DNA of 64,000 bases from Phycisphaerales bacterium Planc_01 (GCA_001603075.1 LVBB01000080.1:39108-103107), one strand, 5' to 3'; counted from the first letter of the stretch, positions 8,129 through 18,476 are shown. The notes: a model not told the origin generated them from the letters alone. Translations and numbers: made by a program.

Positions 8129-9985
8129 ATGTACGCTGAGACGGTTCGTAACGTGGCGATCATCGCCCACGTGGACCATGGAAAAACGACGCTGGTGGAT
8201 CAGCTCCTGTATCAATCGGGGATGTTCCGCGAGGGGGAACTGGACAAACTGGCCGGGGGCGAGTACGGCCTGATCATGGACTCCAACCCGATCGAACGGG
8301 AGCGCGGCATCACCATTCTAAGCAAGAACTGTGCGATCCAGTACATTGACGCCGACGGCAGCGTGTACAAGATCAACATCGTCGATACGCCGGGCCACGC
8401 CGATTTCGGCGGCGAGGTCGAGCGCGTCCTCAAGATGACCGACGGCGTCCTGCTGGTGGTCGATGCCTTCGAGGGGCCCATGCCGCAGACACGGTTCGTG
8501 TTGGGCAAGGCCCTCCAGCATGGGCTCAAACCCATCCTTGTGGTCAACAAGGCCGACCGCCACGACGCGCGGCCCGACGACGTGGTCAACGAGGTCTTCG
8601 ATTTGTTCGTCGATCTCGACGCCGACAGCGAGGCGCTGGACTTTCCCGTGCTGTTCGCCTCGGCGAAGGAGGGCTGGGCGACCACCGATCTGGCCAAGCC
8701 CAACGACAATCTCAAGCCGGTCTACGACGCCATCATCCGGTCCGTTCCAGCCCCGAAGGTCGATCCCGACCGTCCGCTGCAAATGCTGGTGACCACGCTG
8801 GAGTATTCCGATTACGTCGGGCGTGTGGCGATCGGCAAGGTCTTCGCCGGGCGGCTGACGCAGGCCCAGCCGGTGACGGTGATCGACAAGGACGGACGCC
8901 ACACGCAGCAGAAAGTGGTGCAGTTGTACGAGTTCGAACGGCTGGGCAAGAAGCCGTCGCTGGTCGCCCAGGCCGGCGACATCTGCGCCGTGGCGGGCCT
9001 GGACCCGGTCGATATCGGCGACACGATCGCCTGCCCGGATGAGCCCAGCGCGCTGCCGATCGTGGCGATCGACGAGCCGACGATGAGTATGACGTTCCAC
9101 GTCAACAACGGCCCGTTCGCCGGAAGAGAAGGCAAGTACGTTACGTCGCTGCACCTGCGAGACCGCCTGTACAAGGAGCTTCAGACCAACGTGGCGTTGC
9201 GGGTCCAGCCGGGCGAGAACGCCGATGCCTATATCGTCTCGGGGCGCGGCCTGATGCACCTCGGCATCCTGCTGGAGAACATGCGGCGCGAGGGCTACGA
9301 GGTCTGCGTGGGCAAGCCGGAGGTCATCATCAAGATGGTCAACGGATTCCGGCAGGAGCCGATCGAGCGGCTGGTGATCGAATGCCCCGCCGAATGCCAG
9401 AGCGCCGTGATGAGCCTGATCGGCAACCGGCGAAGCGAGATGCTGAAGATGGACTCCAAGAGCGGCGTCAGCGACTACGTCCACATGGAGTTCATGATCC
9501 CGTCGCGCGGGCTGTTCGGCCTCAACGCCCGCATCCTGACGGCCACCCAGGGCCGCGCGGTGATGCACCATACGTTCGAGCGGTACGAGCCGATGCGCGG
9601 GTCGATCCCGCAGCGGCAGGCGGGCGTGATGATCGCGACGGAGACCGGCACCGTCACGGCGTATGCGCTCGACGCGCTGTACGATCGCGGGGCCTTCTTC
9701 GTGCGGCCGGGCGACGAGGTCTACGAGGGCCAGGTCGTCGGCGAGCACTGCAAGGACAACGACATCCCCGTCAATGCCGCCAAGGCCAAGCAGCTCACGA
9801 ACATCCGCACGTCGTCGAAGGACGATGCGGCTCGTGTGCGTCCGCCTCGCATCATGAGTCTGGAAGTGTGTCTGGAGTACATCCAGCAGGACGAACTGGT
9901 CGAAGTCTGTCCGAAATCGATCCGGATTCGCAAACGTCTGCTCAAGGAAGCCGACCGCCGCCGGGCTGCCCGACGTACGGGGTGA
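8129..9985 (+). CDS. typA: Translational GTPase TypA/BipA
   Basis: AHVDHGKTT, RERGITI, DTPGHADF, NKAD, VSGRG.MHL.IL.ENMRREGYE, SIRIRK C-terminus; 618 aa. Confidence 0.97.
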   Translation: MYAETVRNVAIIAHVDHGKTTLVDQLLYQSGMFREGELDKLAGGEYGLIMDSNPIERERGITILSKNCAIQYIDADGSVYKINIVDTPGHADFGGEVERVLKMTDGVLLVVDAFEGPMPQTRFVLGKALQHGLKPILVVNKADRHDARPDDVVNEVFDLFVDLDADSEALDFPVLFASAKEGWATTDLAKPNDNLKPVYDAIIRSVPAPKVDPDRPLQMLVTTLEYSDYVGRVAIGKVFAGRLTQAQPVTVIDKDGRHTQQKVVQLYEFERLGKKPSLVAQAGDICAVAGLDPVDIGDTIACPDEPSALPIVAIDEPTMSMTFHVNNGPFAGREGKYVTSLHLRDRLYKELQTNVALRVQPGENADAYIVSGRGLMHLGILLENMRREGYEVCVGKPEVIIKMVNGFRQEPIERLVIECPAECQSAVMSLIGNRRSEMLKMDSKSGVSDYVHMEFMIPSRGLFGLNARILTATQGRAVMHHTFERYEPMRGSIPQRQAGVMIATETGTVTAYALDALYDRGAFFVRPGDEVYEGQVVGEHCKDNDIPVNAAKAKQLTNIRTSSKDDAARVRPPRIMSLEVCLEYIQQDELVEVCPKSIRIRKRLLKEADRRRAARRTG

Positions 9986-10003
9986 GCAGGCTGGAGTAGC
10001 GGT

Positions 10004-10591
10004 TCAGCGGGTGCTTCCTGCTACGGAGCCCACCACGCCTGGCAGTCCGGCTCCTGCGTTGTAGCCGCCGAGACCCTGTCCGTAGCCTGCCATCATTCCG
10101 CCACCCATCATCATGCGCATCATGCCGGGGGCGGGCGCGTACGACGGTGCGGCCACCAGATCGCTGACGTCGTAGACGCGCGGCACGCTTCGGCGCCTCG
10201 GCAGGGCGTCGGAGGTGGCGACGACGATCACGCCGCCGTCCACGACGTAGTCGAGCCGGGCGATGCCCCCGGCCGAAACGGACGACAGCAGGATCTCCAG
10301 AACCTGGCGCAGACGAAGACCCGGGATGCTGTCGAATCCGATTGGCGTCTCGCGATAGATGTCCGCGCCGTCGCCGATCTGCCGCCAGAGTACCACGATA
10401 TTCAGCGGGGGTGTGGTCGCGTTTCGCAGCGCGTCGATGGCCTCGCCAAAGGGCGTGTCCCGCGTCAGCGTCGCCAGGCTCGTCTTTGCGGTCGGTGGGG
10501 CGGCCGCCGCAAGAACGGCCGCCGGGCCGCCGGCGCATAGCAACACCGCCATTGCCAGCAGCCGCCTCGTTGTCCTGCATGTCGTGTCCAT
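10004..10591 (-). CDS. Secreted STN/secretin-N-like domain protein with Gly/Met-rich tail
   Basis: Signal peptide; LRLRQVLEILL...LDYVVDGGVIVVAT...RVYDVSDLV pattern common in planctomycetes. Confidence 0.65.
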   Translation of the reverse strand: MDTTCRTTRRLLAMAVLLCAGGPAAVLAAAAPPTAKTSLATLTRDTPFGEAIDALRNATTPPLNIVVLWRQIGDGADIYRETPIGFDSIPGLRLRQVLEILLSSVSAGGIARLDYVVDGGVIVVATSDALPRRRSVPRVYDVSDLVAAPSYAPAPGMMRMMMGGGMMAGYGQGLGGYNAGAGLPGVVGSVAGSTR

Positions 10592-10808
10592 GTCGTTTTT
10601 GCCCCCCAAGACGCGTCTTCCGTCTCCAGTCATACCACCGATCTGACGCCGCCGCAAGGCCGGTGTCTCACCAAGCTGAAAAAACGTCCTCGGGCCCTTG
10701 AACGCCCCTGCCGTCGCAGGGTATGATGGAGGCATAACTCATGGGAGCAAGCCAATGCGGACGGAAACCCCTACAATCCGGCCGGCAAGAACCGGGAGGT
10801 GACGAGAC

Positions 10809-12251
10809 ATGACGGGCAGGACGATTTGTTGTTGTGCGGCAGCGATGATGGTCTTGTTGGTGTCTGCGAGCGGGCTGTGGGCCCAGGGCGGGGTCCCGGA
10901 GGACGTGCAGAAGCTCATCGAAGCGTTGCAGGACAAGGATGCGATGGTCCGGCTGCGCGCCGCCCGGTCGCTCGGCGAGATGGGGGCCAAGGCCCAGCCT
11001 GCCATGGAGGCCCTGCAGAAGGCGATGAACGACGAGGATCAAGACGTCCGCGCGGTGGCTGCACGGGCGCTGGAGCGGATCACCGCCCAGAGCGATCCCG
11101 AGTTGACCGAGCTGATCGGGGCCTTGAAGAACCCGGACCCCCTGGCCCGTTTGCAGGCCGCCAAACGACTGGGCGAGTTGGGCGGCCGGGCGGCGGTGGC
11201 ACTGCCCGCGCTGGAACAGGCGCAGAACGATGCAGACGAAGACGTCCGGCGGGTCGTCCGCCATGCGATCGAGAAGATCCAGTCGTCGGGCAGTCCGAAG
11301 GTGCGCCAGTTGATCGAGCAGTTGCGCGATCCCGATGCCATGGTCCGCCTCGGCGCCGCCAGGCAACTGGGCCAGATGGGGGCCGAGGCCCGGCCTGCGC
11401 TGGAGGCCCTGAAGGCGGCGCGGGAAGACCCCGACGAGGTCGTCCGGATCGTCGTGAAGAATGCACTGGAGAAGCTGGAGAAGGCCGGCGAGGTCGCCGT
11501 GGATCTGGGCGGGGTCGCCATGACGGACGCGGCCAAGAGCATCAGCGTGGTAAAGGTCGAGCGGATCTTCAGCCCGCCGGAGGTCAACAAGGCGGGCATG
11601 GCCGTGCGAGCGGGGGCCATGCGGTTCTTCGTGACCGTCAAGAACACCGCCAGGCAGGCCGTGCAGATCGGAACCATGCGCGTGCACTGGTTCATGGGTG
11701 AGGAGGAGATTCACAATGACGATGTGGGCGGTCCGGTTCTGCCGCTGCTGCCCGGCCAGACCAGCACGCACACCTTCAGCCTCCGCTGGGACCGGGAAAG
11801 CAAGTGGGACCGGCGGACCCGCTCGGTCGTGGAGATCGCCCTGGCCACCCCGCTCGAACTCGACAAGGTCGACCGCATGAAGCTCGAAGCGGTGCAGCAG
11901 GAATTGGCCAGGCTTCGCGTCGTCAATCCGCAGCCGATCTACAGCTTCGGCATTCTGATGGGAGACCAGTTCACCATCCAGAACAACAACGACCAGATCT
12001 GCAAGGGGCTGCTGATCGCACTGCAGGGCTACGACAACACCAACGAGTGGGTCTATTCGCTGCTCTACTACGCTCCGCTGGTTCCGAAAGGGTATACGCA
12101 CGTTGCCAACGACCCGGCCAAGCCGGTCGAAGGCCGACGCGCCCCGGTCAAGCTGGTGGACTACCATCGCGCCAAACCCGATTTGCAGGTCCGCCGGTTC
12201 GAGGCGGTTGTTCTGGCTGTCGGCCTCCACGAGGACGAGCTGCCACAATAG
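10809..12251 (+). CDS. Secreted HEAT-repeat protein with uncharacterised C-terminal domain
   Basis: Signal peptide, then about 6 repeats LI.AL.D.D..VR..AA..LG.MG..A..A..AL. Confidence 0.85.
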   Translation: MTGRTICCCAAAMMVLLVSASGLWAQGGVPEDVQKLIEALQDKDAMVRLRAARSLGEMGAKAQPAMEALQKAMNDEDQDVRAVAARALERITAQSDPELTELIGALKNPDPLARLQAAKRLGELGGRAAVALPALEQAQNDADEDVRRVVRHAIEKIQSSGSPKVRQLIEQLRDPDAMVRLGAARQLGQMGAEARPALEALKAAREDPDEVVRIVVKNALEKLEKAGEVAVDLGGVAMTDAAKSISVVKVERIFSPPEVNKAGMAVRAGAMRFFVTVKNTARQAVQIGTMRVHWFMGEEEIHNDDVGGPVLPLLPGQTSTHTFSLRWDRESKWDRRTRSVVEIALATPLELDKVDRMKLEAVQQELARLRVVNPQPIYSFGILMGDQFTIQNNNDQICKGLLIALQGYDNTNEWVYSLLYYAPLVPKGYTHVANDPAKPVEGRRAPVKLVDYHRAKPDLQVRRFEAVVLAVGLHEDELPQ

Positions 12252-12324
12252 GACCGCCGTCGATAAGGCCGACGGCGTAACGGAGAGGAAGCCGTGATAC
12301 AGACACGAACCGACGACGCGACGA

Positions 12325-12447
12325 GGCGGGCCGGAGCTGTTTGGGTTCGACCACCACGAGCCCCGTGGCGGCTGCGTCCTGCTCCACGACGGCACCGTCA
12401 AATTCATCCGCACCGAAGAAGAACTCCACGCCCTGCGCTGGGAGTAG
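12325..12447 (+). pseudogene. Orphan copy of the 3' 123 bp of the downstream gene (direct repeat of 14064-14186)
   Basis: GGPELFGFDHHEPRGGCVLLHDGTVKFIRTEEELHALRWE* versus GGPELFTFDNHDPKGGCVLLNDGTVQFIRTEEELHALRWK*; no in-frame start (TGA at 12295). Confidence 0.85.
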
Positions 12448-12542
12448 AGCCAAGATGGGCAAATGATGCAGAGCGAGAACAGGAACGCGCAGGACAACGG
12501 GGTATGCCCCCTGGAACCCCGTAGACAGCGAAAGGGGTTCAG

Positions 12543-14186
12543 ATGACTGACAGAGAGAGTCGCAATGGGGCATCAAGATCACGAGAAGGAAGGACCTGTG
12601 ACCATAGAGCCAGAACCGTTGCCCTGGCCATGTGTATCCTGGGCGGCCTTGCGATGGACGCTGAAGTACATGGTCGCACCGAATGTGAAAGTCCATCGCT
12701 GCCACTAACGTTCGTCCTGACCAAGTTGGATGTCAGCGACAAGGTTCTTGAGGTGAGCTATCAGATCCGCAATGATTCGGATCGGGAGGCATGGCTCTGC
12801 CAGGGTCTTGGCTCCAACGTTTCTCGCTTCAGTTCTGAAGTGGCTATGAGCGACGATGGCGAGACTCTCTTGGTGCGCAGACGCCTGGATGTCCCGATAG
12901 CCGGGTTTGGCGAACAAGTGTTTGGTCGCTTCGTTCGCGTACCAAGGGGAGTCAGCCGAGAGGAGACTGTATTGTTTGCTCTGCCCGTCCGCCCGCATCG
13001 TATCATCTTGCCAGCACGAAAGAGAGATGAGACGATCAAGTACTTCAAGCGGCTCCGCATTGAGATCGGTTACCACTCGGGGGATCTGCCGGCAACGATC
13101 GCCCGCATGCTTGAGGACGCTGCGAGGGCTCCTGAAAGGGAACATGTCGACGATATGGGCTATCCGACCGATACCATTGGGTGGTTTGGCGATCTGCTAT
13201 ACTTCAATAGACTCAACGAGATCGTTCCGGATAGAAACGAGCAGGTCGCGGTCCCTTGGACGGACCAGATGTTTGAAGGAGAGCAACTCCTGCAGGTGAG
13301 CATTGAAAACCTGCACGTGCCCTATGTGGAAGACGTCGGATTCATGAGCTTCCGCCTGGAGGGCCTGGAGAATTGTACAAGAGCGGAGATTCACTATCGA
13401 CCTTCCATGCTCGAGTATCTCTTTCCTCATCCCACCCAACAGAGCATTTTGACTTCCGCTGATCGACAGCATCTGCAAATGCAGAAGGTACTTCTTCTTG
13501 AGGATCGCATCTCGATCGGTGCGTTGATCGACGCAGTCGGCAAGGCTAATGGCTGGATTACCTGCAGCGGGTGTGTCTTCGGTGGACGAAGCACTCTGGC
13601 GCATGTCGTCTGTTACCAAGGACACGAGCGCATAACATCTTTCACCATCTATGGTGACATGGCCGTTGTGACCAATGAAGGGCACTGCTATCAGTCTCTC
13701 TCGACGCTTGGCAGTGTCAGAGCCATCACATCGGCGGTAGACTGGGTTGAGCCTATTCGGCTTCGTGTTGAATGTGCCGCCAATCTCAGCAAGCTCTGGC
13801 ATCGCCTACGTCTTTGTCCCCAAATTGGGCGATTGGCTATTGAGGATACATCTCCTCGGGAGCAGGTGGCATATCCGTCCTCAGAGAGCTGGTGCGATGC
13901 TATGCTGCGCGTCTTCCAGATTGCAGAACATACTGTGAAGACATATCAATGTCCTGGTGCCGGCGAAGGTCCATGTCACTATGCGATGAATCCGAATTGC
14001 GGGGCAGATTCGGCGCCGGATGTGGTGCTGCTGTTCGAGACGAAGGCGGGGTGGAACCAGCACGGCGGGCCGGAGTTGTTTACGTTTGACAACCACGACC
14101 CCAAAGGCGGCTGCGTCCTGCTCAACGACGGCACCGTACAGTTCATCCGCACCGAAGAAGAACTCCACGCCCTCCGCTGGAAATAG
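12543..14186 (+). CDS. Exported hypothetical protein with H-X9-DG-like C-terminal tail
   Basis: 547 aa, N-terminal hydrophobic stretch, C-terminal CHYAMNPNC...NHDPKGGCVLLNDGTV. Confidence 0.8.
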   Translation: MTDRESRNGASRSREGRTCDHRARTVALAMCILGGLAMDAEVHGRTECESPSLPLTFVLTKLDVSDKVLEVSYQIRNDSDREAWLCQGLGSNVSRFSSEVAMSDDGETLLVRRRLDVPIAGFGEQVFGRFVRVPRGVSREETVLFALPVRPHRIILPARKRDETIKYFKRLRIEIGYHSGDLPATIARMLEDAARAPEREHVDDMGYPTDTIGWFGDLLYFNRLNEIVPDRNEQVAVPWTDQMFEGEQLLQVSIENLHVPYVEDVGFMSFRLEGLENCTRAEIHYRPSMLEYLFPHPTQQSILTSADRQHLQMQKVLLLEDRISIGALIDAVGKANGWITCSGCVFGGRSTLAHVVCYQGHERITSFTIYGDMAVVTNEGHCYQSLSTLGSVRAITSAVDWVEPIRLRVECAANLSKLWHRLRLCPQIGRLAIEDTSPREQVAYPSSESWCDAMLRVFQIAEHTVKTYQCPGAGEGPCHYAMNPNCGADSAPDVVLLFETKAGWNQHGGPELFTFDNHDPKGGCVLLNDGTVQFIRTEEELHALRWK

Positions 14187-14255
14187 GGCGACGGCGCCGG
14201 CTATTGGCGGAAAGGGAAAAAGCTGTATGAGGAAACGAACGAGATACACGGATGA
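14187..14255 (+). pseudogene. C-terminal remnant of BrnT-like toxin
   Basis: GDGAGYWRKGKKLYEETNEIHG* resembles BrnT C-termini (GAGYWRKG) and overlaps the antitoxin start; no start codon. Confidence 0.6.
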
Positions 14256-14466
14256 GCCGCTGGGCGAACTGGTTGTGACGAAGGACTTCCTTCCTCGGCC
14301 GGAGGAGTTGGTCTTGAAGGAAGAAAACGTCAAGATCACCATCTCTCTGAACAAGTCCAGCGTGGACTTCTTCAAGAAGAAGGCGCGGGAGCACCATACG
14401 TCGTATCAGAAGATGATCCGCCGGCTCATCGACTGGTATGCGTCGCAGCAGCAGAAGAGTGCGTAA
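14227..14466 (+). CDS. CopG/BrnA-like ribbon-helix-helix antitoxin
   Basis: 79 aa, DFLP.PEEL ... KITISL....VDFFK..A......YQ.MIR.LID.YA. Confidence 0.8.
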   Translation: MRKRTRYTDEPLGELVVTKDFLPRPEELVLKEENVKITISLNKSSVDFFKKKAREHHTSYQKMIRRLIDWYASQQQKSA

Positions 14467-14526
14467 GGCGGCATGGTGCGGCGGAGTTGGGCCGGGTGGA
14501 ATGGCCTGTTTTTTGCGGGAAAGGGG

Positions 14527-14554
14527 TTGCAAAGGACGCGGCGCCGGCTATAAT
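14527..14554 (+). promoter_or_regulatory. sigma70-type promoter
   Basis: TTGCAA-16bp-TATAAT. Confidence 0.5.
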
Positions 14555-14848
14555 GGATGTGAAGAATAAGGCGGGCCAGGGAACGCGTTTATATTCCGTC
14601 TGCCATCATAATTGTTGTACCTCATTTCATAGCGGCCCTGCCTTCGAATGCGAATTCGGTTCGAGCATTAGGAGAGCACCAGCAGGGATTTCATTCGGTT
14701 GATCGTCCGGCCCGCTGCTACGCTGCGCGCCGGGGCCCTCGTTTGCGCGCCGAGCGACCGGACGGGACGGTTCCTACAGCCGTGGTTCGAGGCACAGCGT
14801 GTGCCTTGCTCGTTATCATACCATCATTCACAACAGGAGGACACGGAC

Positions 14849-17143
14849 ATGACACGACGGGAAATCTCAATGACGGGGGGCGCGACCAGCGCGTGGAAAA
14901 AGCAGTGGGGCAAAGGCTACAGGGTCGCGGCGTCGCTATGGCGGCGGTGTATCCTCGTCGTATGCCTGATGGGTACGTGGGCGGCGGCGGGGGACTCCGG
15001 GTTCGGGCGATACTACGAGCCCTATGAGGTTGAGATCGAGCCGAACGCGCCGGGCTATACCCTGCCCCTGGACCTCGGGCAGATCGTCAACTTCGACGAT
15101 ATGATGCGTCTGGCCAATGTGACGGCGATGTCGGACCTGATCAGCCGGAACGGCTTTGCCGTCACGCCCGCCGAGACGACGACCTGGTGGAGCGAATCAT
15201 ACGACGATATAGTCGACGCCTGTCGGCACATCAACTCTACCAACGTCCCTCTCTTCGTCACGACGGATACCGTCCTGCACTTATACCATATCCAGTTCGG
15301 CGAGACGCTGAAGAACGCCGAAGAGAGCCAGTTCATTCCCGATATCGAGGCGATGACCGAGGCCATGCTGGCGACGATGGAGGGCCTGTACGGCCAGTTC
15401 GAGGGCGAGTTGCAGGAGGCGGCCCGCCGCAATATCGCGTTTCTCAGCGTCGCGAAGAAGCTGCTGGCGCCCGAGACCGCCGTGGCGGAGATGGTGGCCG
15501 GGGCGGTGGCGGGCGAACTGGCGCGGATCGACGCGCACCAGGGCTTCGCGGCCAGCGACATCTTCATCTACGAGGAAGACTATTCCCAATACGTCCCGCG
15601 CGGCCACTACACCCGCAGCGAAGCGTTGGAACGCTACTTCAAGGCGATGATGTGGTACGGGCGCATGAGCTTTCTTCTGAAGGGCTCGGAGCCCTGGGGC
15701 CCGCGGAGCGAGGCGTTGATCAGCCCGGCCGATGCGCGGATTCAGACGCTTCAGGCCGTGCTGCTGGTGCGGGCCCTGTCCAGCGAGGTCGGCGCGCGGA
15801 CGGCGCTGGAGTTGTGGGACCGCCTCTACACCGTCACCGCGTTCTATGTCGGCATCGCCGACGACCTGACGCCATACGACTACATGGGGGCCCTGGAGGC
15901 GGTGGTGGGGGCCGATTGGATGCAGCGGCTGGCCGACCTGAGCGACGAGGCGACCTATCTTGAGCTGAAGACGCAACTGGCGTTGCTGCCTTCGCCCCGG
16001 ATCTTCGGCGGCACGGGCAATATCATCGTGGACGGGCCGATCACCGACGAGATGCTGAACGAAGTGCTGGACAAGACCAAAGGGATGCGGCTGATGGGCC
16101 AGCGGTTCATTCCCGACTCCTACATGTTCCAGAACCTGGTCTATCCATCGGTCGGCGAGTACACAGGCGATCCGGGCCACTGGCCCTTCACCGTGTCCAT
16201 CGACGGCGTCCGGGGCTATCCGCGCGGGCTCGACGTCATGGCCCTGTTGGGGTCGCGACAGGCTTTGCATATCCTGATCGACGAAGGCGATACGGACTAC
16301 GTGAACTACTGGCGCCGTTTCGGGCAGTTGAAGGACGAGTTCGACGCCCTCAGCGCCGCCGACTGGAACGCCAATCTCTACTGGTCGTGGCTCTACAGCC
16401 TCCGGGCGCTGCTTGGCGATCTGCCCGAGGGCTATCCGAGCTTCATGCGGACCGATGCGTGGCGGCGGCGCAGTCTCAACGCGGCGCTGGCCTCGTGGAC
16501 GGAACTGCGGCACGACACGATTCTCTACGCCAAGCAGAGCTATACCGTCGGTCGTTCGGCCCAACCCAAAACGCCGCCGGGATACGTCGAGCCGGTCCCG
16601 GAGTTCTACGCTCGGCTGCTGACGCTGGCCCGCATGACGCGAGCCGGGCTCAGTGACATGCAGGTGCTCAGCGAGCCGGCCATCGCGCGTCTGACCGGCC
16701 TGGAGAACCTGCTGGAGCGCCTGACTGCGATCGCTTCGAAACAGCTTCTGAACCAGCCCCTGTCGCAAGACGACGCCGCGTACATCCTGACTCTGGCGAG
16801 TTCGCTGGAGGCGCTGGTGACGGGCGTGGAGAACACGGGACTGAAGACTACGCTGGTGGCCGACGTCCACACCGAGGGCTTCGAGGCCATGGTGCTCGAA
16901 GAGGGCGTCGGGAAGGTGGACATCATCATCGTCGCGTGCCCGGCGGCCGACGGTTCGGTCTTCCTGGCGGCCGGACCGGTGCTGAGCTACTATGAGTTCA
17001 AGCATCCCATGAGCGATCGGCTCACCGACGAGGCCTGGCGCGACCTGCTCGATTCGTCCGAGCGGCCGGACCGCCCGGCGTGGTATCAACCGCTCCTGCA
17101 GTCAACGGAAGTCCCAGTGACAGCGTCCCACATTACCGAGTGA
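14849..17143 (+). CDS. DUF3160-family exported protein
   Basis: RBS AGGAGG; YSQYVPRGHYT, RYFKAMMWYGR, LASWTELRHDTILYAKQSY, GPVLSYYEF hallmark motifs. Confidence 0.85.
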   Translation: MTRREISMTGGATSAWKKQWGKGYRVAASLWRRCILVVCLMGTWAAAGDSGFGRYYEPYEVEIEPNAPGYTLPLDLGQIVNFDDMMRLANVTAMSDLISRNGFAVTPAETTTWWSESYDDIVDACRHINSTNVPLFVTTDTVLHLYHIQFGETLKNAEESQFIPDIEAMTEAMLATMEGLYGQFEGELQEAARRNIAFLSVAKKLLAPETAVAEMVAGAVAGELARIDAHQGFAASDIFIYEEDYSQYVPRGHYTRSEALERYFKAMMWYGRMSFLLKGSEPWGPRSEALISPADARIQTLQAVLLVRALSSEVGARTALELWDRLYTVTAFYVGIADDLTPYDYMGALEAVVGADWMQRLADLSDEATYLELKTQLALLPSPRIFGGTGNIIVDGPITDEMLNEVLDKTKGMRLMGQRFIPDSYMFQNLVYPSVGEYTGDPGHWPFTVSIDGVRGYPRGLDVMALLGSRQALHILIDEGDTDYVNYWRRFGQLKDEFDALSAADWNANLYWSWLYSLRALLGDLPEGYPSFMRTDAWRRRSLNAALASWTELRHDTILYAKQSYTVGRSAQPKTPPGYVEPVPEFYARLLTLARMTRAGLSDMQVLSEPAIARLTGLENLLERLTAIASKQLLNQPLSQDDAAYILTLASSLEALVTGVENTGLKTTLVADVHTEGFEAMVLEEGVGKVDIIIVACPAADGSVFLAAGPVLSYYEFKHPMSDRLTDEAWRDLLDSSERPDRPAWYQPLLQSTEVPVTASHITE

Positions 17144-18476
17144 ATGGACGCGTGGAGTCAGGGCTCTTTGCCGGGTGGCGGGCACAGACGGCGGCGGCGA
17201 GCAGGACGGCGGTCGCCAGCAGGCAGACCAGGGCGGCTAAGCGGTACGATCCGGTGCGGGACAGTGAGGTACTGAACAGGACAGGTCCGATCGCGCTGAG
17301 CAGGACGATCATCGACATGTTCAGTCCGCTGATGGCCCCGAGATGCCGGCGGCCGAAGAAGTTGGCCCAGGTGACGGCCGAGAGCAGTCCAAAGATCCCC
17401 GTCGAGAGGCCGTTGCCGGCGACGATCATCGCCACGGGCCAGCCGGGCTTCAGGTGCGACAGGCCGACCATCGACGTGGCCATCGACGCGAGCATGCCCG
17501 CCAGCAGCCATTGCAGGGCAACGCGGTCGCTGAGCCAGCCGGAGGCAAATCGTGCCAATACCGCCACGACCGAGATCGGAAGGAAGATCATCACCGCCTG
17601 GGTGCGCGTCATGCCGGCGGCATCGAAGATCGAGACCACGTGGAACGTCAGCCCGGTCGTGTAGAGCGCCGACAGGGCCAGGCTCAACGAGAAGGTCCAG
17701 AACGCCCACGTCCGCCGGGCCTCGGCCAGCGTCCAGCATGGTTCGGCCGCGTCTTCGTCGTCGGAGGTTTCCGGCTCGGCCGGCGGCACGCCGTCCGGGC
17801 GAAGGCCGCAGTCCTCGGGGTTGTCGCGATAGAGCGCCGAGGCAACGAAGGCGAACAGACCGCCGACGACGGCGGCCATCACCACCCAGGCTCCGCGCCA
17901 GCCGAACTGGCGGATCATGCTGTCCAGTGCCAGCGGTGCGATGGAGAAACCCAATGCCGTGAGAATGCCCGACAGGCCGCTGGCCAGCCCGCGCCGGCGG
18001 TCGAACCATTTGGCGACCATATTGTGCGAGGTGAGCGTCAGGACGCCCTGGCCCCAGAAGCGCAGTGCGAAGAACGCCAACGCGATCACGGCGTAGGCAG
18101 CCGTGGGGGCGGCCAGCCCGAGGGTCGTCGCTACGTGGCCGGCCACCGCGTCGGATCGGCTCAGGACCACCAGCACGATCGCCAGAGACACACTGGCAAC
18201 GACTGCCATGATGCGCGATCCGAGGCGGTCGTAGAGCCTCCCGACGTAGGGCATCAGACAGGCGCTGCCGATCGTGCCGCACATGTATGCCGTACTGAGC
18301 TGGCCGCGCGTCAGGCCCAGGGCGGTCAGCAGAGAATCGGTGAACACCGAGACGCCCATCGTCTGGCCCGGCACGCTCATCAGCACACCCAGCGCACCGA
18401 CGGCCACAACGGGCCAGCCGTAGAAGACCGGGCATCTGGCCGGAGAGAAAGGGATGTGGGCCAGACGCTTTGTCAC
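17133..18476 (-). CDS. MFS transporter (MFS_1, OFA/YhjX-like)
   Basis: FYGW, G.LYDRLG.R motif A, WFDRRRGLASG, about 12 hydrophobic segments; GTG start overlaps upstream stop. Confidence 0.9.
   Translation of the reverse strand: MTKRLAHIPFSPARCPVFYGWPVVAVGALGVLMSVPGQTMGVSVFTDSLLTALGLTRGQLSTAYMCGTIGSACLMPYVGRLYDRLGSRIMAVVASVSLAIVLVVLSRSDAVAGHVATTLGLAAPTAAYAVIALAFFALRFWGQGVLTLTSHNMVAKWFDRRRGLASGLSGILTALGFSIAPLALDSMIRQFGWRGAWVVMAAVVGGLFAFVASALYRDNPEDCGLRPDGVPPAEPETSDDEDAAEPCWTLAEARRTWAFWTFSLSLALSALYTTGLTFHVVSIFDAAGMTRTQAVMIFLPISVVAVLARFASGWLSDRVALQWLLAGMLASMATSMVGLSHLKPGWPVAMIVAGNGLSTGIFGLLSAVTWANFFGRRHLGAISGLNMSMIVLLSAIGPVLFSTSLSRTGSYRLAALVCLLATAVLLAAAVCARHPAKSPDSTRPFTR

Noticed and set aside
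14184-14255. Possible stop-codon read-through appending the BrnT-like tail to the upstream protein
   Set aside because: In-frame adjacency has a one-in-three chance, and there is no read-through or pyrrolysine context evidence.
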